A stretch of 64,000 nucleotides of DNA. Source: a virus. A model generated the notes under the pieces. It was not told the DNA's origin, made no database searches, and saw only the letters and a program-made list of their open reading frames with translations. The translations under genes and the position numbers were made by a program. Positions 17,601-27,634 of the stretch are shown in pieces; positions within the stretch are counted from its first letter, which is position 1; every line of letters begins with the position of its first letter. Where the stretch lies: positions 6,287-70,286 of the IMG/VR virus record IMGVR_UViG_3300045020_000106; one strand, written 5' to 3'.

Positions 17601-17628
17601 TTGACATCTAGATTGAATCCTGTACCCT
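17601..17628 (+). promoter_or_regulatory. Sigma70-like promoter, candidate late-operon promoter
   Basis: TTGACA-16 nt-(TG)TACCCT; spacer matches the 825 promoter at 14/16. Confidence 0.6.
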
Positions 17629-17750
17629 AATGGCGTAAATCCAGCCACGCAGGTTGTATCTGCTTTGCCCGCTACACCATAGGTAGTGCCTTGGGGTGCC
17701 GACAAGAGAAACGGCGCACACCCTGTGCAAAAGCACCCTTCAGAGTCCCT

Positions 17751-18080
17751 TTGCCTAAAACTGACCTAGTACCCTGCTATTACGCTGGTTCCGACCGGAC
17801 CGGAGAGCCCGACTTCTGCGAAACCCGAGATAAACTCTGGGGCTATCGCGATGAAGGTGCGGGCAACTTCGTAGACCATGGAACCGTCTTCCAGATGAGC
17901 CGCCCGAAGGAGCAGGAGCGCGGCGCGAGCAGCAAGACGGCGGTAGTCGCCTTCAGTAAGGTTCAGAACAAGATGCAGCATCCAAGTCGAATCAATTATC
18001 CGGTGCCGGCGTGTGGCGACCATCGGTTGCGTTGGCTCATGCGCTTCATGATCACGCGGAGGACGGCTGAACTTGTTTAA
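17751..18080 (+). CDS. Hypothetical protein
   Basis: ORF after the structured leader; start uncertain. Confidence 0.45.
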   Translation: MPKTDLVPCYYAGSDRTGEPDFCETRDKLWGYRDEGAGNFVDHGTVFQMSRPKEQERGASSKTAVVAFSKVQNKMQHPSRINYPVPACGDHRLRWLMRFMITRRTAELV

Positions 18081-18312
18081 GTTTCTTGCTGCGCGAAGAA
18101 CTGGGTCCGTGGGGCAATCCAGCGCACGGGACAACGATGTCTCCAGCCATCACGGCTGCTTACCTAGCTCCGACCCCGCGGAGTCAGAAGGCAGCGCAGC
18201 CGGGAGCCCCACACACGGCATGTTTTTCTACGCGATGGTGGTTTGCGCCTGCTTGGTATTGGCAGCGATTATTTTCATCGGCTGGCTGTCCTTCACCGAT
18301 GTAACTCCATGA
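18073..18312 (+). CDS. Small protein with a C-terminal TM helix
   Basis: Hydrophobic C-terminus; coupled to neighbours. Confidence 0.45.
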   Translation: MFKFLAARRTGSVGQSSARDNDVSSHHGCLPSSDPAESEGSAAGSPTHGMFFYAMVVCACLVLAAIIFIGWLSFTDVTP

Positions 18313-18728
18313 GAGCGCCCCGCTATCGCAAAGCCCGACGCGACAATCTACGAGCGCAGGGGATCACTGCCTGCAACCTGGCGCGGGTCGTATGTTTTCA
18401 GGTAGGAAACACCGCCGTTCTGCCAAAGTGGCTGGATAAATACATCGTCCACGGTTTGAAACCTCTTCCTGGGCAGTTCTGGATTACACCCAATGGCGTG
18501 TTTCATTTGAGCGTTTGGCTGAAGGCGATTTATGTGCCATTCAGCTTCACTAAGACTGTGTTGAAGCGCTGTGAAAGTTGCAATCGTCCGACGATCGCCA
18601 ATGAAGCCTACGCCCTGCAGGCCAAGTACGAAACCGCCAAAGATCGGTCGACGGTCGAGTGCGGACCAAGCTGCAGGCGGGATCGAGACACGGGGATATG
18701 GGAGCGCTTGGGTCGTGTAGCCGCATGA
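18309..18728 (+). CDS. Hypothetical Zn-binding protein
   Basis: CESC...CGPSC; ATGA overlaps. Confidence 0.55.
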   Translation: MRAPRYRKARRDNLRAQGITACNLARVVCFQVGNTAVLPKWLDKYIVHGLKPLPGQFWITPNGVFHLSVWLKAIYVPFSFTKTVLKRCESCNRPTIANEAYALQAKYETAKDRSTVECGPSCRRDRDTGIWERLGRVAA

Positions 18729-18976
18729 ACCAACAAGCCGTAGCTTACCCTCCTATCGCTCAGTCGTCCCGTACGCGTGAGTCTTACCGCATCGCCAGGC
18801 GCGTTGTGTTTGACGTAAAAGGGCACAGCATGGATGGAACATGTGAACGCGACCGATGGGTTGAATTGATCGCTAAAGCGATACGCGACGGATGGGATGG
18901 TGTCTGTCCGTACCCATCGCCCAACTTGAAGCTACGCCCGTGGACACCAGCCGAGCTGGCAGATAACGCCGCATGA
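18725..18976 (+). CDS. Hypothetical protein
   Basis: ATGA overlaps on both sides. Confidence 0.5.
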   Translation: MNQQAVAYPPIAQSSRTRESYRIARRVVFDVKGHSMDGTCERDRWVELIAKAIRDGWDGVCPYPSPNLKLRPWTPAELADNAA

Positions 18977-21900
18977 AACTATTCGCTAAGTCTTTTGCTC
19001 TTATTCTCCTGCTTGTAGGTCTATCCTTCGGGCAAACGCCCAACCCCTACGTCAACCTGACAGGAACGCTCCAAGGGCCGAACGGCCAGCCGATTGTGAA
19101 CGGCATCATCAACATGACGCCGACCCAGCAGTTCTTTGTTGGGGGATTAGGATCTTCCACCTGCTCGGGCTACATCTTTCAAGTCACAGGGTTTCCTTTC
19201 AACTGCGGTGATATTGTTGACTTCAACAACGTCACGCCAGGTCCGCCGGCCAATGGGCTGAATATCGCATGGCAGTCTCAAACGATCAATGGCGTTGATC
19301 TGGTGAGCGCGGCGCTGGTAGGGAATGGGAACGCCGCTACCTGTCTCAGTGGAATTGGCACATGGGTCTCCTGCGGTGGTGGCGGCGGCGGCGGAACAGT
19401 CACGCAGATCAATGCAGGAAATGGTCTCACCGGTGGCCCGATCACCGGCGTTGGAACATTAAGTTTATTTCAGTGTCCTACGGCTCAGATTCTTCTGAGC
19501 ACAGGCACGGGATACGTTTGCGCTGCGGCGGGCACGGGCAATGTCAACACGGCGCCAGCGGCCGCCCAACCGATCGTGCAACCGCTCGGCACGGCATTCA
19601 CGGCGAACATCGACAACAACATTCGCTATGTGACATCGAGCTTCAATTGGTCCTACGTCGATTCCGGCGGAAGTTTAGGGAATGCGACCGTCCCCGGAGC
19701 AATTACTTTCACGTTGCCCTGCACGACGAGCAAGCCTTGCCCTCTCGGCATAGATACTGCATCGGCTTCGCATAACTACGTTTACGCGCTGTATATCTCA
19801 GGAACTGGCACCGCCGAGGCTGCGACAGTCACGGGCGGAACCTGCACGCCTGGCGCAACCGCATCGTGTACGCTTCTCGTCACCACTCTGAATGCTCATC
19901 CCAATGGATACACAATTGGCTCAGCCTCGCAGGGTATTCAAGAAGCCTTCAATGATCCGTGGATTTCCGATACTAGCGCCGCCGGGCAGAGCCAGCCTCC
20001 AACCATCAAGCTCTTAGCCAATACCCAATATTTTGTGCGCGCCACCGTCTACACGCGTGGTCGGAATAACACTCTCGACGGATCAGGATCATCCATGATC
20101 TGCTCGACGCGCTCGAAGTGCATCAAGATCGGCTCTTCCACGGCGCAAAATGGCGGCCACATCTTCAACCTGCAAGGGTTGACGACGCTGGCGAATGCCG
20201 GGGTACAGGCGTCAAGTCTGAGCGCCACTTCCGGGACATACACGATTACCACGGTCCAGAATCATTCGTTCGTGGCAGGGGATTTTGTCGATTGCGAGAA
20301 TCACTACACCACCACGGAGTCTCATTGGGTGGCACAGGTGATTTCAACAGGCCTGACAGCGACGCAGTTCGAAGTAACGTTTGGCTCTTCCACGATTGCC
20401 GCGGGCACAGGTTGGGGCTGGTGCAACCTGGAGAATGCCTTCATTGAAGATGGCTCATCGAACGCAGTGGTCGAAGATGTCATCATCGACCAGCTTGGCG
20501 GCCTTGCTACAGGGACGTTCACCTATCCAATTGTGGACGACAACGACCAGACGTTTAACATCAACCGTGTGCGCAGCGGCGGGTCCGGGATTGTAAGTAG
20601 TAGCGCCAACTGGCCGATTGGGGCGATGTTCTACTCCCGCACCGATCAGGGAAATTCCGGCATCATGTTCATCAGCCACTCCGATGCCACAAATAACAAC
20701 TTCTTCACCGGAGCCTCTAACGGAGTCATCATCAAGGATTCCGTCTGCCAGGGAGAGCCTGTCTTTTGCGTGCGTTACTTCGGAGCGCTTCAACCCGCCG
20801 TCATCGACTCGATGTATCAGGACTCAGGCGGGACGAACCCACTTTATAACCAAGTCGTGCAAATGGGATTGCTGACTTCCGGTTCGCGGGGCACGACCAT
20901 TCATGGAAACCTTCCTCTGACTGCCGCGGCTCCTGTCTTTGTTTCTGGCGGATCGACCACGAATCAGCGCAATTACTTCGTGGCACCTCGAAGTTCGGTG
21001 TTTGGCTACTTCATGCCGCTGTTCATCGGCACCGCCCTACCAACTTCCGGCTCAGTCAGTATCCCTCTGACGTGGCCTTCGATTGAGATGCAGGATGGAT
21101 TTAGCCATGACTCCATCGGGACTCTAACGTGGGACATTCTTGTCACCATCGGGCAGGCGTCATTTGGAACGCCGAGCGCACCCTATGGGACTGGAACTTA
21201 CGCCATTGCCACGAATCAAGGCAGTCTGTGCTCGCAGGGCATGTGTACGTTCACCGATACACAGCCTTCCCTGTCGTCTTATACGGTTGGATCATCGGCG
21301 TGGTATCCGCAGTTCTGGTTCTGGCCCGCTGTCGTAGTGAATAACAACACTGAGAACCTTGGCCCGACTTTCATGGATGCGGCCAATCAGGGCGGCGCTT
21401 ACATCTCCGCTTCAGGAACGGCTTCTGGTGGCGGTGGGCCGGCAGTCGTGGCGCAGCAATGCTTTAATACAGGCAGTCCCTCGGCCTACACGAATGCTTT
21501 TGTCTGGTGTCCGACGGGCACGGGATCGAACTCAGCTCTGAATTTCTTTCAGGTAGCCACACAGACGGCGAACTCGAAGGGCTTGGAGAACTACGGAGTC
21601 GCCATCACGGCCCCGAACGATCTACTTACGTTAGAAGACTCGAACCCGGCAAAAACCAAAGCTACGGCTGGCGGGCGGCCTCTCGCTGATGCGAATGACA
21701 TGGCGATTGGCAAAGATCAGTCGGGTGGGATGAGCGAGAGAGCAGCCACTTCGATCAGCGATTACATCGGAACACTGAACAACGGTACCTCGTGGCAGCG
21801 TCGTCTGACGGCCACGGCGGAAAACTATGCAACCAACGTCGCCATCGCCGGACCCCGCCCGTGGATTGACGTTACCGGGCCTGGATACGCAGCGGACCCG

Positions 21901-23733
21901 ACAGGTGCAGCGGATTCTACTACAGCTCTAAATGCCGCGTTCGCAGCCTGCAACGGCGGTACGGTTTTCCTTCCTCCAAACACCGGAAGCGGATTCTACA
22001 AGCACACTGGCCAACTGACGATCAGCAGCGCCGGATGCACCGTTAAATCTTTTCAGCAGGGCGCGATCATCAAGAAAGGCTACAACTCAACCAATGGCGT
22101 ACCCTCCGGATCCGCTGGCAGTGTGCTCATTACCGCCAGCAATGTCACCATCGACGGCATCACTTATGACGGCAACAACGGGAGCTTCACGGGCGGCTGC
22201 TTCTCGTTCGCGGGGAATATCTCGCAGGTAATATTCCAGAACAATTACGTTCACAACTGCGATGGAAACTCTCTTGTCTTCACCGGAACGAGCACGGGTG
22301 CACAAGGGCCGACGAACTTCAAGGTACTGAATAACTACATCGTGGAAGGCGAAAATGGATTTGGTTTAACGTTCTCGCAAAATATCAGCGGCTTCGATGT
22401 GGAAGGAAACCGTTTCGATTGCTCTCCCAGCACAGCGAATCCCAACCCCGGATCGGCCTGCCTGCAACTGGAATCCCAAGGTCTGACAACCTCCATCTCG
22501 CACGGCAAGATCGTCAACAATACGATCATCACCCCGTCGTGCAGCGGGGGAGAATGCTGGGGCACGCAGTTAGGCCAGTTCAATGCCTACGCTTCGACCG
22601 ACATCGTGTTTGGACAAAATCACACCATCATCTCCGGCCCGTCCGCGAATTGCGGATCGTTTCAGGGGCTGGCCAACTCCCGGCTAGACCTTGGCGTGTG
22701 CGAAGAAGCGGGTAACACGGCCAACTATGCCGCGTGGGAGTTCATCATGAACAACGGGATCAACGTCACAGGCGGGGAGCTTGACGATGAGGGACCGGGC
22801 AATGCCATTGGCATTATCATTGAGAGCACGTCGAACAGCAACTTTAGCGGTTTAACGGTCGTTGGTTTCGGGGAAAGCCCGACCGGAGGCGTGACGGCCG
22901 GATTGGAAATTACCTCTGCCGCTTCGGGAGGTTCGCAGGCTATCGCGTCCTGTACGGAGACGGGAAATATCGCCACGTACACGGTTTCATCCCCGCCATT
23001 GAATGCCAATTTCCAGCCGCCCGCAGCGGTGTTTTTGGGTGGATCGTACACACCCGCAGGATTCGGCGGCGGCCCTTACACGATCACCAATACTAATTAC
23101 AACCGCATCTCAGGCACGTTCTCGGTGATTCTGCCTGTAACCGGATTGGGTACGTCTTGTTCGGGAACCTCGCTCATTGTCCAGGCGGTCACCAGCAATA
23201 ATAACTTCTCCAACATCGTGCTCAACTTCCCCACAGGGCAGTATGGGGCGCTGGGGTCGGTTCTGTATGGTATCCAGATTCGTTCGAACGTAACCCAGGC
23301 CATCGTCTCCAATAATCACTTCAGCGACATCAACATCAACGGCACACCGGGAGCCTCGATCAACGAAGATGCCATCAGCATCCAGTCCCCCGGCACGAAT
23401 GTGACGACAGACTCGAACACCTTCGACGGCATCAAGATTAACAATGTCAACATAGGACTCAATCTTGTCGCTGGGACAACCAGTTACTTTCGCAACATCG
23501 AATTCAACGGAGGAGTAACGACGCCTGTTAGCCTGAGCGCTCCAACATTCGCCGAGACGGATTTCCCTGTTCCATTTGCCGATCTCGTAGCTTGCAGCTC
23601 GTCTCTTCAGGACAAGCGAGCGGTTGTGAATAATAGCTCGGTATCGACTTTTGGGGGGACAGCGAACGGCAGCGGATCGACGCAGGTAGCGGTAAGATGC
23701 AACGGCACGAATTGGACGGTAGTGGGAAACTAA
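18973..23733 (+). CDS. Tail spike/fibre-like protein with beta-helix (pectate-lyase-like) domains and an N-terminal Sec signal peptide
   Basis: MKLFAKSFALILLLVGLSFG|Q; VNLTGTLQGPNGQPIVNG resembles the Stf-type fibre N-domain; GTVTQINAGNGLTGG; ADPTGAADSTTALNAAF...GTVFLPP; C-terminal VRCNGTNW. Confidence 0.8.
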   Translation: MKLFAKSFALILLLVGLSFGQTPNPYVNLTGTLQGPNGQPIVNGIINMTPTQQFFVGGLGSSTCSGYIFQVTGFPFNCGDIVDFNNVTPGPPANGLNIAWQSQTINGVDLVSAALVGNGNAATCLSGIGTWVSCGGGGGGGTVTQINAGNGLTGGPITGVGTLSLFQCPTAQILLSTGTGYVCAAAGTGNVNTAPAAAQPIVQPLGTAFTANIDNNIRYVTSSFNWSYVDSGGSLGNATVPGAITFTLPCTTSKPCPLGIDTASASHNYVYALYISGTGTAEAATVTGGTCTPGATASCTLLVTTLNAHPNGYTIGSASQGIQEAFNDPWISDTSAAGQSQPPTIKLLANTQYFVRATVYTRGRNNTLDGSGSSMICSTRSKCIKIGSSTAQNGGHIFNLQGLTTLANAGVQASSLSATSGTYTITTVQNHSFVAGDFVDCENHYTTTESHWVAQVISTGLTATQFEVTFGSSTIAAGTGWGWCNLENAFIEDGSSNAVVEDVIIDQLGGLATGTFTYPIVDDNDQTFNINRVRSGGSGIVSSSANWPIGAMFYSRTDQGNSGIMFISHSDATNNNFFTGASNGVIIKDSVCQGEPVFCVRYFGALQPAVIDSMYQDSGGTNPLYNQVVQMGLLTSGSRGTTIHGNLPLTAAAPVFVSGGSTTNQRNYFVAPRSSVFGYFMPLFIGTALPTSGSVSIPLTWPSIEMQDGFSHDSIGTLTWDILVTIGQASFGTPSAPYGTGTYAIATNQGSLCSQGMCTFTDTQPSLSSYTVGSSAWYPQFWFWPAVVVNNNTENLGPTFMDAANQGGAYISASGTASGGGGPAVVAQQCFNTGSPSAYTNAFVWCPTGTGSNSALNFFQVATQTANSKGLENYGVAITAPNDLLTLEDSNPAKTKATAGGRPLADANDMAIGKDQSGGMSERAATSISDYIGTLNNGTSWQRRLTATAENYATNVAIAGPRPWIDVTGPGYAADPTGAADSTTALNAAFAACNGGTVFLPPNTGSGFYKHTGQLTISSAGCTVKSFQQGAIIKKGYNSTNGVPSGSAGSVLITASNVTIDGITYDGNNGSFTGGCFSFAGNISQVIFQNNYVHNCDGNSLVFTGTSTGAQGPTNFKVLNNYIVEGENGFGLTFSQNISGFDVEGNRFDCSPSTANPNPGSACLQLESQGLTTSISHGKIVNNTIITPSCSGGECWGTQLGQFNAYASTDIVFGQNHTIISGPSANCGSFQGLANSRLDLGVCEEAGNTANYAAWEFIMNNGINVTGGELDDEGPGNAIGIIIESTSNSNFSGLTVVGFGESPTGGVTAGLEITSAASGGSQAIASCTETGNIATYTVSSPPLNANFQPPAAVFLGGSYTPAGFGGGPYTITNTNYNRISGTFSVILPVTGLGTSCSGTSLIVQAVTSNNNFSNIVLNFPTGQYGALGSVLYGIQIRSNVTQAIVSNNHFSDININGTPGASINEDAISIQSPGTNVTTDSNTFDGIKINNVNIGLNLVAGTTSYFRNIEFNGGVTTPVSLSAPTFAETDFPVPFADLVACSSSLQDKRAVVNNSSVSTFGGTANGSGSTQVAVRCNGTNWTVVGN

Positions 23734-25154
23734 TGCGCATTCTCGTTCGTCTTCTCATCGTCGCGGCTCTCGTTGGTATGGCTCATGCCCAGCTTGTCGT
23801 AGCGCCCATGACAGCGACGTGCGCAACCAGTGTCGACGGGTCAGTCGTGGGCCTACCGAATCCCTTGCGCGGGCCGACGCTCTCGGAAGTTTACAGCGGA
23901 GGAACGCTACCTGCTGGTAACTACTTTGTGCAAGTGGCATGGTATGACTCCGCCAATCATGTGACCTTGGTCAGTCCAGAAGTCCAAGGGCAGATGACTG
24001 CGACTGGGACTTTGAATGTTACTCGACCCTCCGGCATGCCTTCCGCGGCGAGTGGGATGCAGGTATTTATTGGAACTTCATCGGGCGCTGAGACGCTGCA
24101 GGGCACGACCAGCGGAAGCGCAGTCTACAGTCAGGTGGCACCACTCAATAGCGGCACCGCCGTGCCAGCTCTGAATACGACGATTTGCAAGATTATCGCC
24201 AATGATTCTGGATGGCCGACGGGAACCGGATATGACACGACGCTAGTCGCCACCAATGGGCAGACTTATCCGGGCTATCCAGTGCGCGCGCAATTCCTTG
24301 GGCCGGGGAACAATATAAACCTCGGTCAAGGATTCCCGCGGTACAACGGAGTGGTGAATTACCCTGTCCCGATTCTGGCCCAGCCTTACGGGCACGGTCC
24401 GCAATCGATTTCCGGCCCACTGAGTCTTGGGTCGGGAGGATCAAACTACAACCTCACCAGCGTCGGAAGAATTGGAATTCTCACCGCAACCCCGGCGTGG
24501 GGCGTGGATGCGGAAGGTGCGGGATTAAGTGGAGCGATCAATGCCAATGTTGGTTATCTGTTCAACGGTTCCGCGCCGCTCAATCACTTACTCGTTGGCA
24601 ATGGTAGTTATTATGTGGATTCGGCAACCATTCCTGGGTCGGCGCTCAACCTGTTCTATCAGACTGTTGCTCTAAATGGGACCGCGCAAACCCAAAGACC
24701 TACGCTGAATTTCAGTTCCTACTTCACTGCAACAGATTCCGCGAGTCCAGCCGAGACGACGATCGCGCCAGTCACCACGGGATCTGAAACGAAACTGGTG
24801 ACGGCCGCATCCGCAGGGACGAGCGGCGACTGTGCGCAATGGGACTCAAGTGGTGGACTCGGAGCGGCTTCAGCACCCTGCCAAACGGGCGTAACCCATG
24901 GCGGGAGTGCGACAGGATGTTTGTCGAGCGGCAGCCCCTGCAGCACGACCATTACATGGAACGGCGGTGGTTTTACCAGCAGCACATATTCTGCGGTGTG
25001 CTGGGGATCGGGACTAAACTCGGGCGGCTCCCAGGCGGCCTTTGTATATGAAACGTCACAGACCGCTACGCAAATTGTAGTCACAACTTCCAACGTCGGC
25101 ACAACAAACCCCGGCGGCTTCGCAACGATTATCTGCATTGGAACTTCGAATTAA
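23733..25154 (+). CDS. Tail fibre-like protein with a signal peptide and an FN3-like module
   Basis: MRILVRLLIVAALVGMAHA|Q; GGTLPAGNYFVQV; GTSGDCAQWDSSG; C-terminal fibre-tip-like domain. Confidence 0.7.
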   Translation: MRILVRLLIVAALVGMAHAQLVVAPMTATCATSVDGSVVGLPNPLRGPTLSEVYSGGTLPAGNYFVQVAWYDSANHVTLVSPEVQGQMTATGTLNVTRPSGMPSAASGMQVFIGTSSGAETLQGTTSGSAVYSQVAPLNSGTAVPALNTTICKIIANDSGWPTGTGYDTTLVATNGQTYPGYPVRAQFLGPGNNINLGQGFPRYNGVVNYPVPILAQPYGHGPQSISGPLSLGSGGSNYNLTSVGRIGILTATPAWGVDAEGAGLSGAINANVGYLFNGSAPLNHLLVGNGSYYVDSATIPGSALNLFYQTVALNGTAQTQRPTLNFSSYFTATDSASPAETTIAPVTTGSETKLVTAASAGTSGDCAQWDSSGGLGAASAPCQTGVTHGGSATGCLSSGSPCSTTITWNGGGFTSSTYSAVCWGSGLNSGGSQAAFVYETSQTATQIVVTTSNVGTTNPGGFATIICIGTSN

Positions 25155-25167
25155 GGGAGGGCTGACG

Positions 25168-25572
25168 ATGCCTCATAAATATGGAGATGTCGTTACACTC
25201 GTACAAGCATCTGCCGATGGGACAGTCTCACGGACAAACGCGCTCGTGCTGGTCGCAAGTGTCCAGCCGGCAGACCTCAACCCACATCCACGCAATGAAC
25301 AAGGCGTGTCATTGAACATAGTCTTACTGAAAGACGGCCAGGGCAAGCCTCTGGCTGGCGGAGAGTATCTCGATGTCCTGTATCTAACTCCATTACCGGG
25401 ACGCGGGGTGCACGCCACGGCCATCGATCAACTCGTACGGCGCGCGCAGTTGGTGCCGGAGTGGAAAGAAGGCGCGCGGATCGGATGGGAAATTGCGCCG
25501 ACACGCGAACACATCCAGGCATTGCGTCTCGAAGTAAAGAACCTGAAAGCTAAAGCCGACAAGGCGAAATAA
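25168..25572 (+). CDS. Hypothetical protein
   Basis: GGAGG RBS. Confidence 0.6.
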   Translation: MPHKYGDVVTLVQASADGTVSRTNALVLVASVQPADLNPHPRNEQGVSLNIVLLKDGQGKPLAGGEYLDVLYLTPLPGRGVHATAIDQLVRRAQLVPEWKEGARIGWEIAPTREHIQALRLEVKNLKAKADKAK

Positions 25573-25589
25573 AGATCGGAGCATCGCCC

Positions 25590-26660
25590 GTGGCATCCAT
25601 GATTCGCCCGTCCCATCATGTCCCCAGACTCGCAATCGCTTACAAGAATTTCGCGGCGAACAAAGGCCTCAGCCATATTGGCTTGGGTGTTTCTGCGATG
25701 CAGAACGCGAAAGCTTTGCGCGCCGCCGAATACATCGCGGAAGTGTGGCCGATCATCGGCTTTGAAGATCTCGCCAGTAAACTCCAGCAGGACCGCGCTA
25801 CAGCGATCAACGCTCATCACAACCCGGTCACCCATGTTGTCATCTCGGCGCCATGGATTCCTACGCAAAGCATCGCGCAGTTGGTCCATAGTTATCCCGA
25901 CATTGAATTCGCCGTCGTATCTCACTCGAATATCGGATTCCTACAAGCAGATCCTCGAGCGATTGATCTATTGCGCAGTGGCGCGGAACTCGCGCATGCT
26001 TGCCCCAACTTTCACATCGGAGGAAACTCGGACAAGTTCTGCACATGGTGGCGGGCGGCCTATGGCAGTGAAATCCTGCTACTTCCGAATATGTACCCCT
26101 TCGCATCCATCCGCCACAAACCTCTTTGGAGTGGAGGATTGCTGCGCATCGGATGCTTCTGCGCGATTCGCGCCTACAAGAATGTACTCACGGCGGCGGC
26201 CGCTGCGCTCGAGACCGGAGTACGATTGCGCGCTTCCGAACTGGAGTTTTACATCTCCGGAGGACGCTCAGAAGGCGGGGCGGGCATTCGGCAGGCAATT
26301 ACGGAGATGTACAAAGGGCTGCTGCGCTCCAGGGTTATCGACAATAACTGGCAATCGTGGCCGCAGTTTGTCACCACAGTCGGGGAAATGGATTTGTTGC
26401 TGCAGCCGTCCTACACGGAAGGATTCAATATGGTTACCGCGGACGGCATCTCGAAAGGCGTGCCATCCGTCGTTGGGGAAGCGATTGGATGGGTGCCGTC
26501 GAATTGGGTGGCGTCGACCGACGCAGCGTGCGACATCGCGAACCGCGCCATTGCCCTATTGCACGATCCGGGCGCGATCAATGAAGGCGTAACCGCCTTG
26601 ATTCGGCATAACACGAACGCTCTTTCCGAGTGGAAGAGTTTTTTAACGCTGTACCCGTAG
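25590..26660 (+). CDS. Glycosyltransferase (GT-B, GT4-like)
   Basis: IRAYKNV and DLLLQPSYTEGFNMVTADGISKGVPSV (EX7E-type motif, second acidic residue is D). Confidence 0.85.
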   Translation: MASMIRPSHHVPRLAIAYKNFAANKGLSHIGLGVSAMQNAKALRAAEYIAEVWPIIGFEDLASKLQQDRATAINAHHNPVTHVVISAPWIPTQSIAQLVHSYPDIEFAVVSHSNIGFLQADPRAIDLLRSGAELAHACPNFHIGGNSDKFCTWWRAAYGSEILLLPNMYPFASIRHKPLWSGGLLRIGCFCAIRAYKNVLTAAAAALETGVRLRASELEFYISGGRSEGGAGIRQAITEMYKGLLRSRVIDNNWQSWPQFVTTVGEMDLLLQPSYTEGFNMVTADGISKGVPSVVGEAIGWVPSNWVASTDAACDIANRAIALLHDPGAINEGVTALIRHNTNALSEWKSFLTLYP

Positions 26661-26672
26661 CGGAGGAATTCT

Positions 26673-27602
26673 GTGATTGACCAGGTGTTGAATGATCGCC
26701 TAACCGCACTATCCGGGAAACTGGATCGCGTTCTGACGCGCGAAGCGACCCTATACCAAAAAGACAATGACGTTCTTGCGCGCATCGCGCGCATCGAACA
26801 GGCTTTACAACTCGCGCATCCAGCGGCATTCCCGCGCAAGCTTGGACGAAAGACGAAGCGCGTCGATGAGCGCACGCTTAAGCTTTCCAAGTACCTGTCA
26901 ACCACTTTACCGCCAGTACCTGTCGCCTGCGATTGGACATCCGGCATTACCAGTTGGGGGATGATGGAGAACGATACCCTGGGCGATTGCACGATCGCAG
27001 CCGCCGGCCATCTCGTGATGGCGTGGACTGCAGCCGTAAGTTCAGGGGAAACGGTGCGGCAATTACCCGATTCCGTGATTCAGGATTATTACTCTGCCTG
27101 GTGTGGTTACGTGCCCGGGGATTCTTCGACCGACAATGGCGGTGTGGAGATTGACATCCTGAATAACTGGCGCAAGTACGGTTTCGGATTACGCGCGAAC
27201 CGGCAAGGGCAGGACCGGTTGGCAGCTTATGTCAGCGTCAACCCGGGGAATCTGGACGAAGTCAAGCAAGCTATCGCCCTGTTTGGGGGGCTCTATATCG
27301 GCCTTCAATTGCCAACTACGGCGCAGGGTCAACTGGTGTGGGATGTGGTAGGAGACGGCAGCGGGGATTCCGCGCCCGGCAGTTGGGGCGGCCATGCGGT
27401 CCCGATCACCAAGTATTCACAGACACGGTTGACGTGTGTGACGTGGGGCGCATTGCTGGATATGACCAACGAGTTCTGGGCGAAGTACGTGGACGAGTGC
27501 TACGCCCTGCTCTCTTTTGACTTCCTGAACAAGAACGAAATCAGTCCAGGCGGAATTGATTTTGATACGCTTCGCAACGATCTGCAGCAAGTCACCGCTT
27601 AA
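26673..27602 (+). CDS. Papain-like (C1A-related) cysteine peptidase with an N-terminal coiled coil
   Basis: DWT...NDTLGDCTIAA (Cys), WGGHAV (His), VTWG. Confidence 0.75.
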   Translation: MIDQVLNDRLTALSGKLDRVLTREATLYQKDNDVLARIARIEQALQLAHPAAFPRKLGRKTKRVDERTLKLSKYLSTTLPPVPVACDWTSGITSWGMMENDTLGDCTIAAAGHLVMAWTAAVSSGETVRQLPDSVIQDYYSAWCGYVPGDSSTDNGGVEIDILNNWRKYGFGLRANRQGQDRLAAYVSVNPGNLDEVKQAIALFGGLYIGLQLPTTAQGQLVWDVVGDGSGDSAPGSWGGHAVPITKYSQTRLTCVTWGALLDMTNEFWAKYVDECYALLSFDFLNKNEISPGGIDFDTLRNDLQQVTA

Positions 27603-27634
27603 CTCAAGCATTGTCCTTCAAGGAGACAACCATC

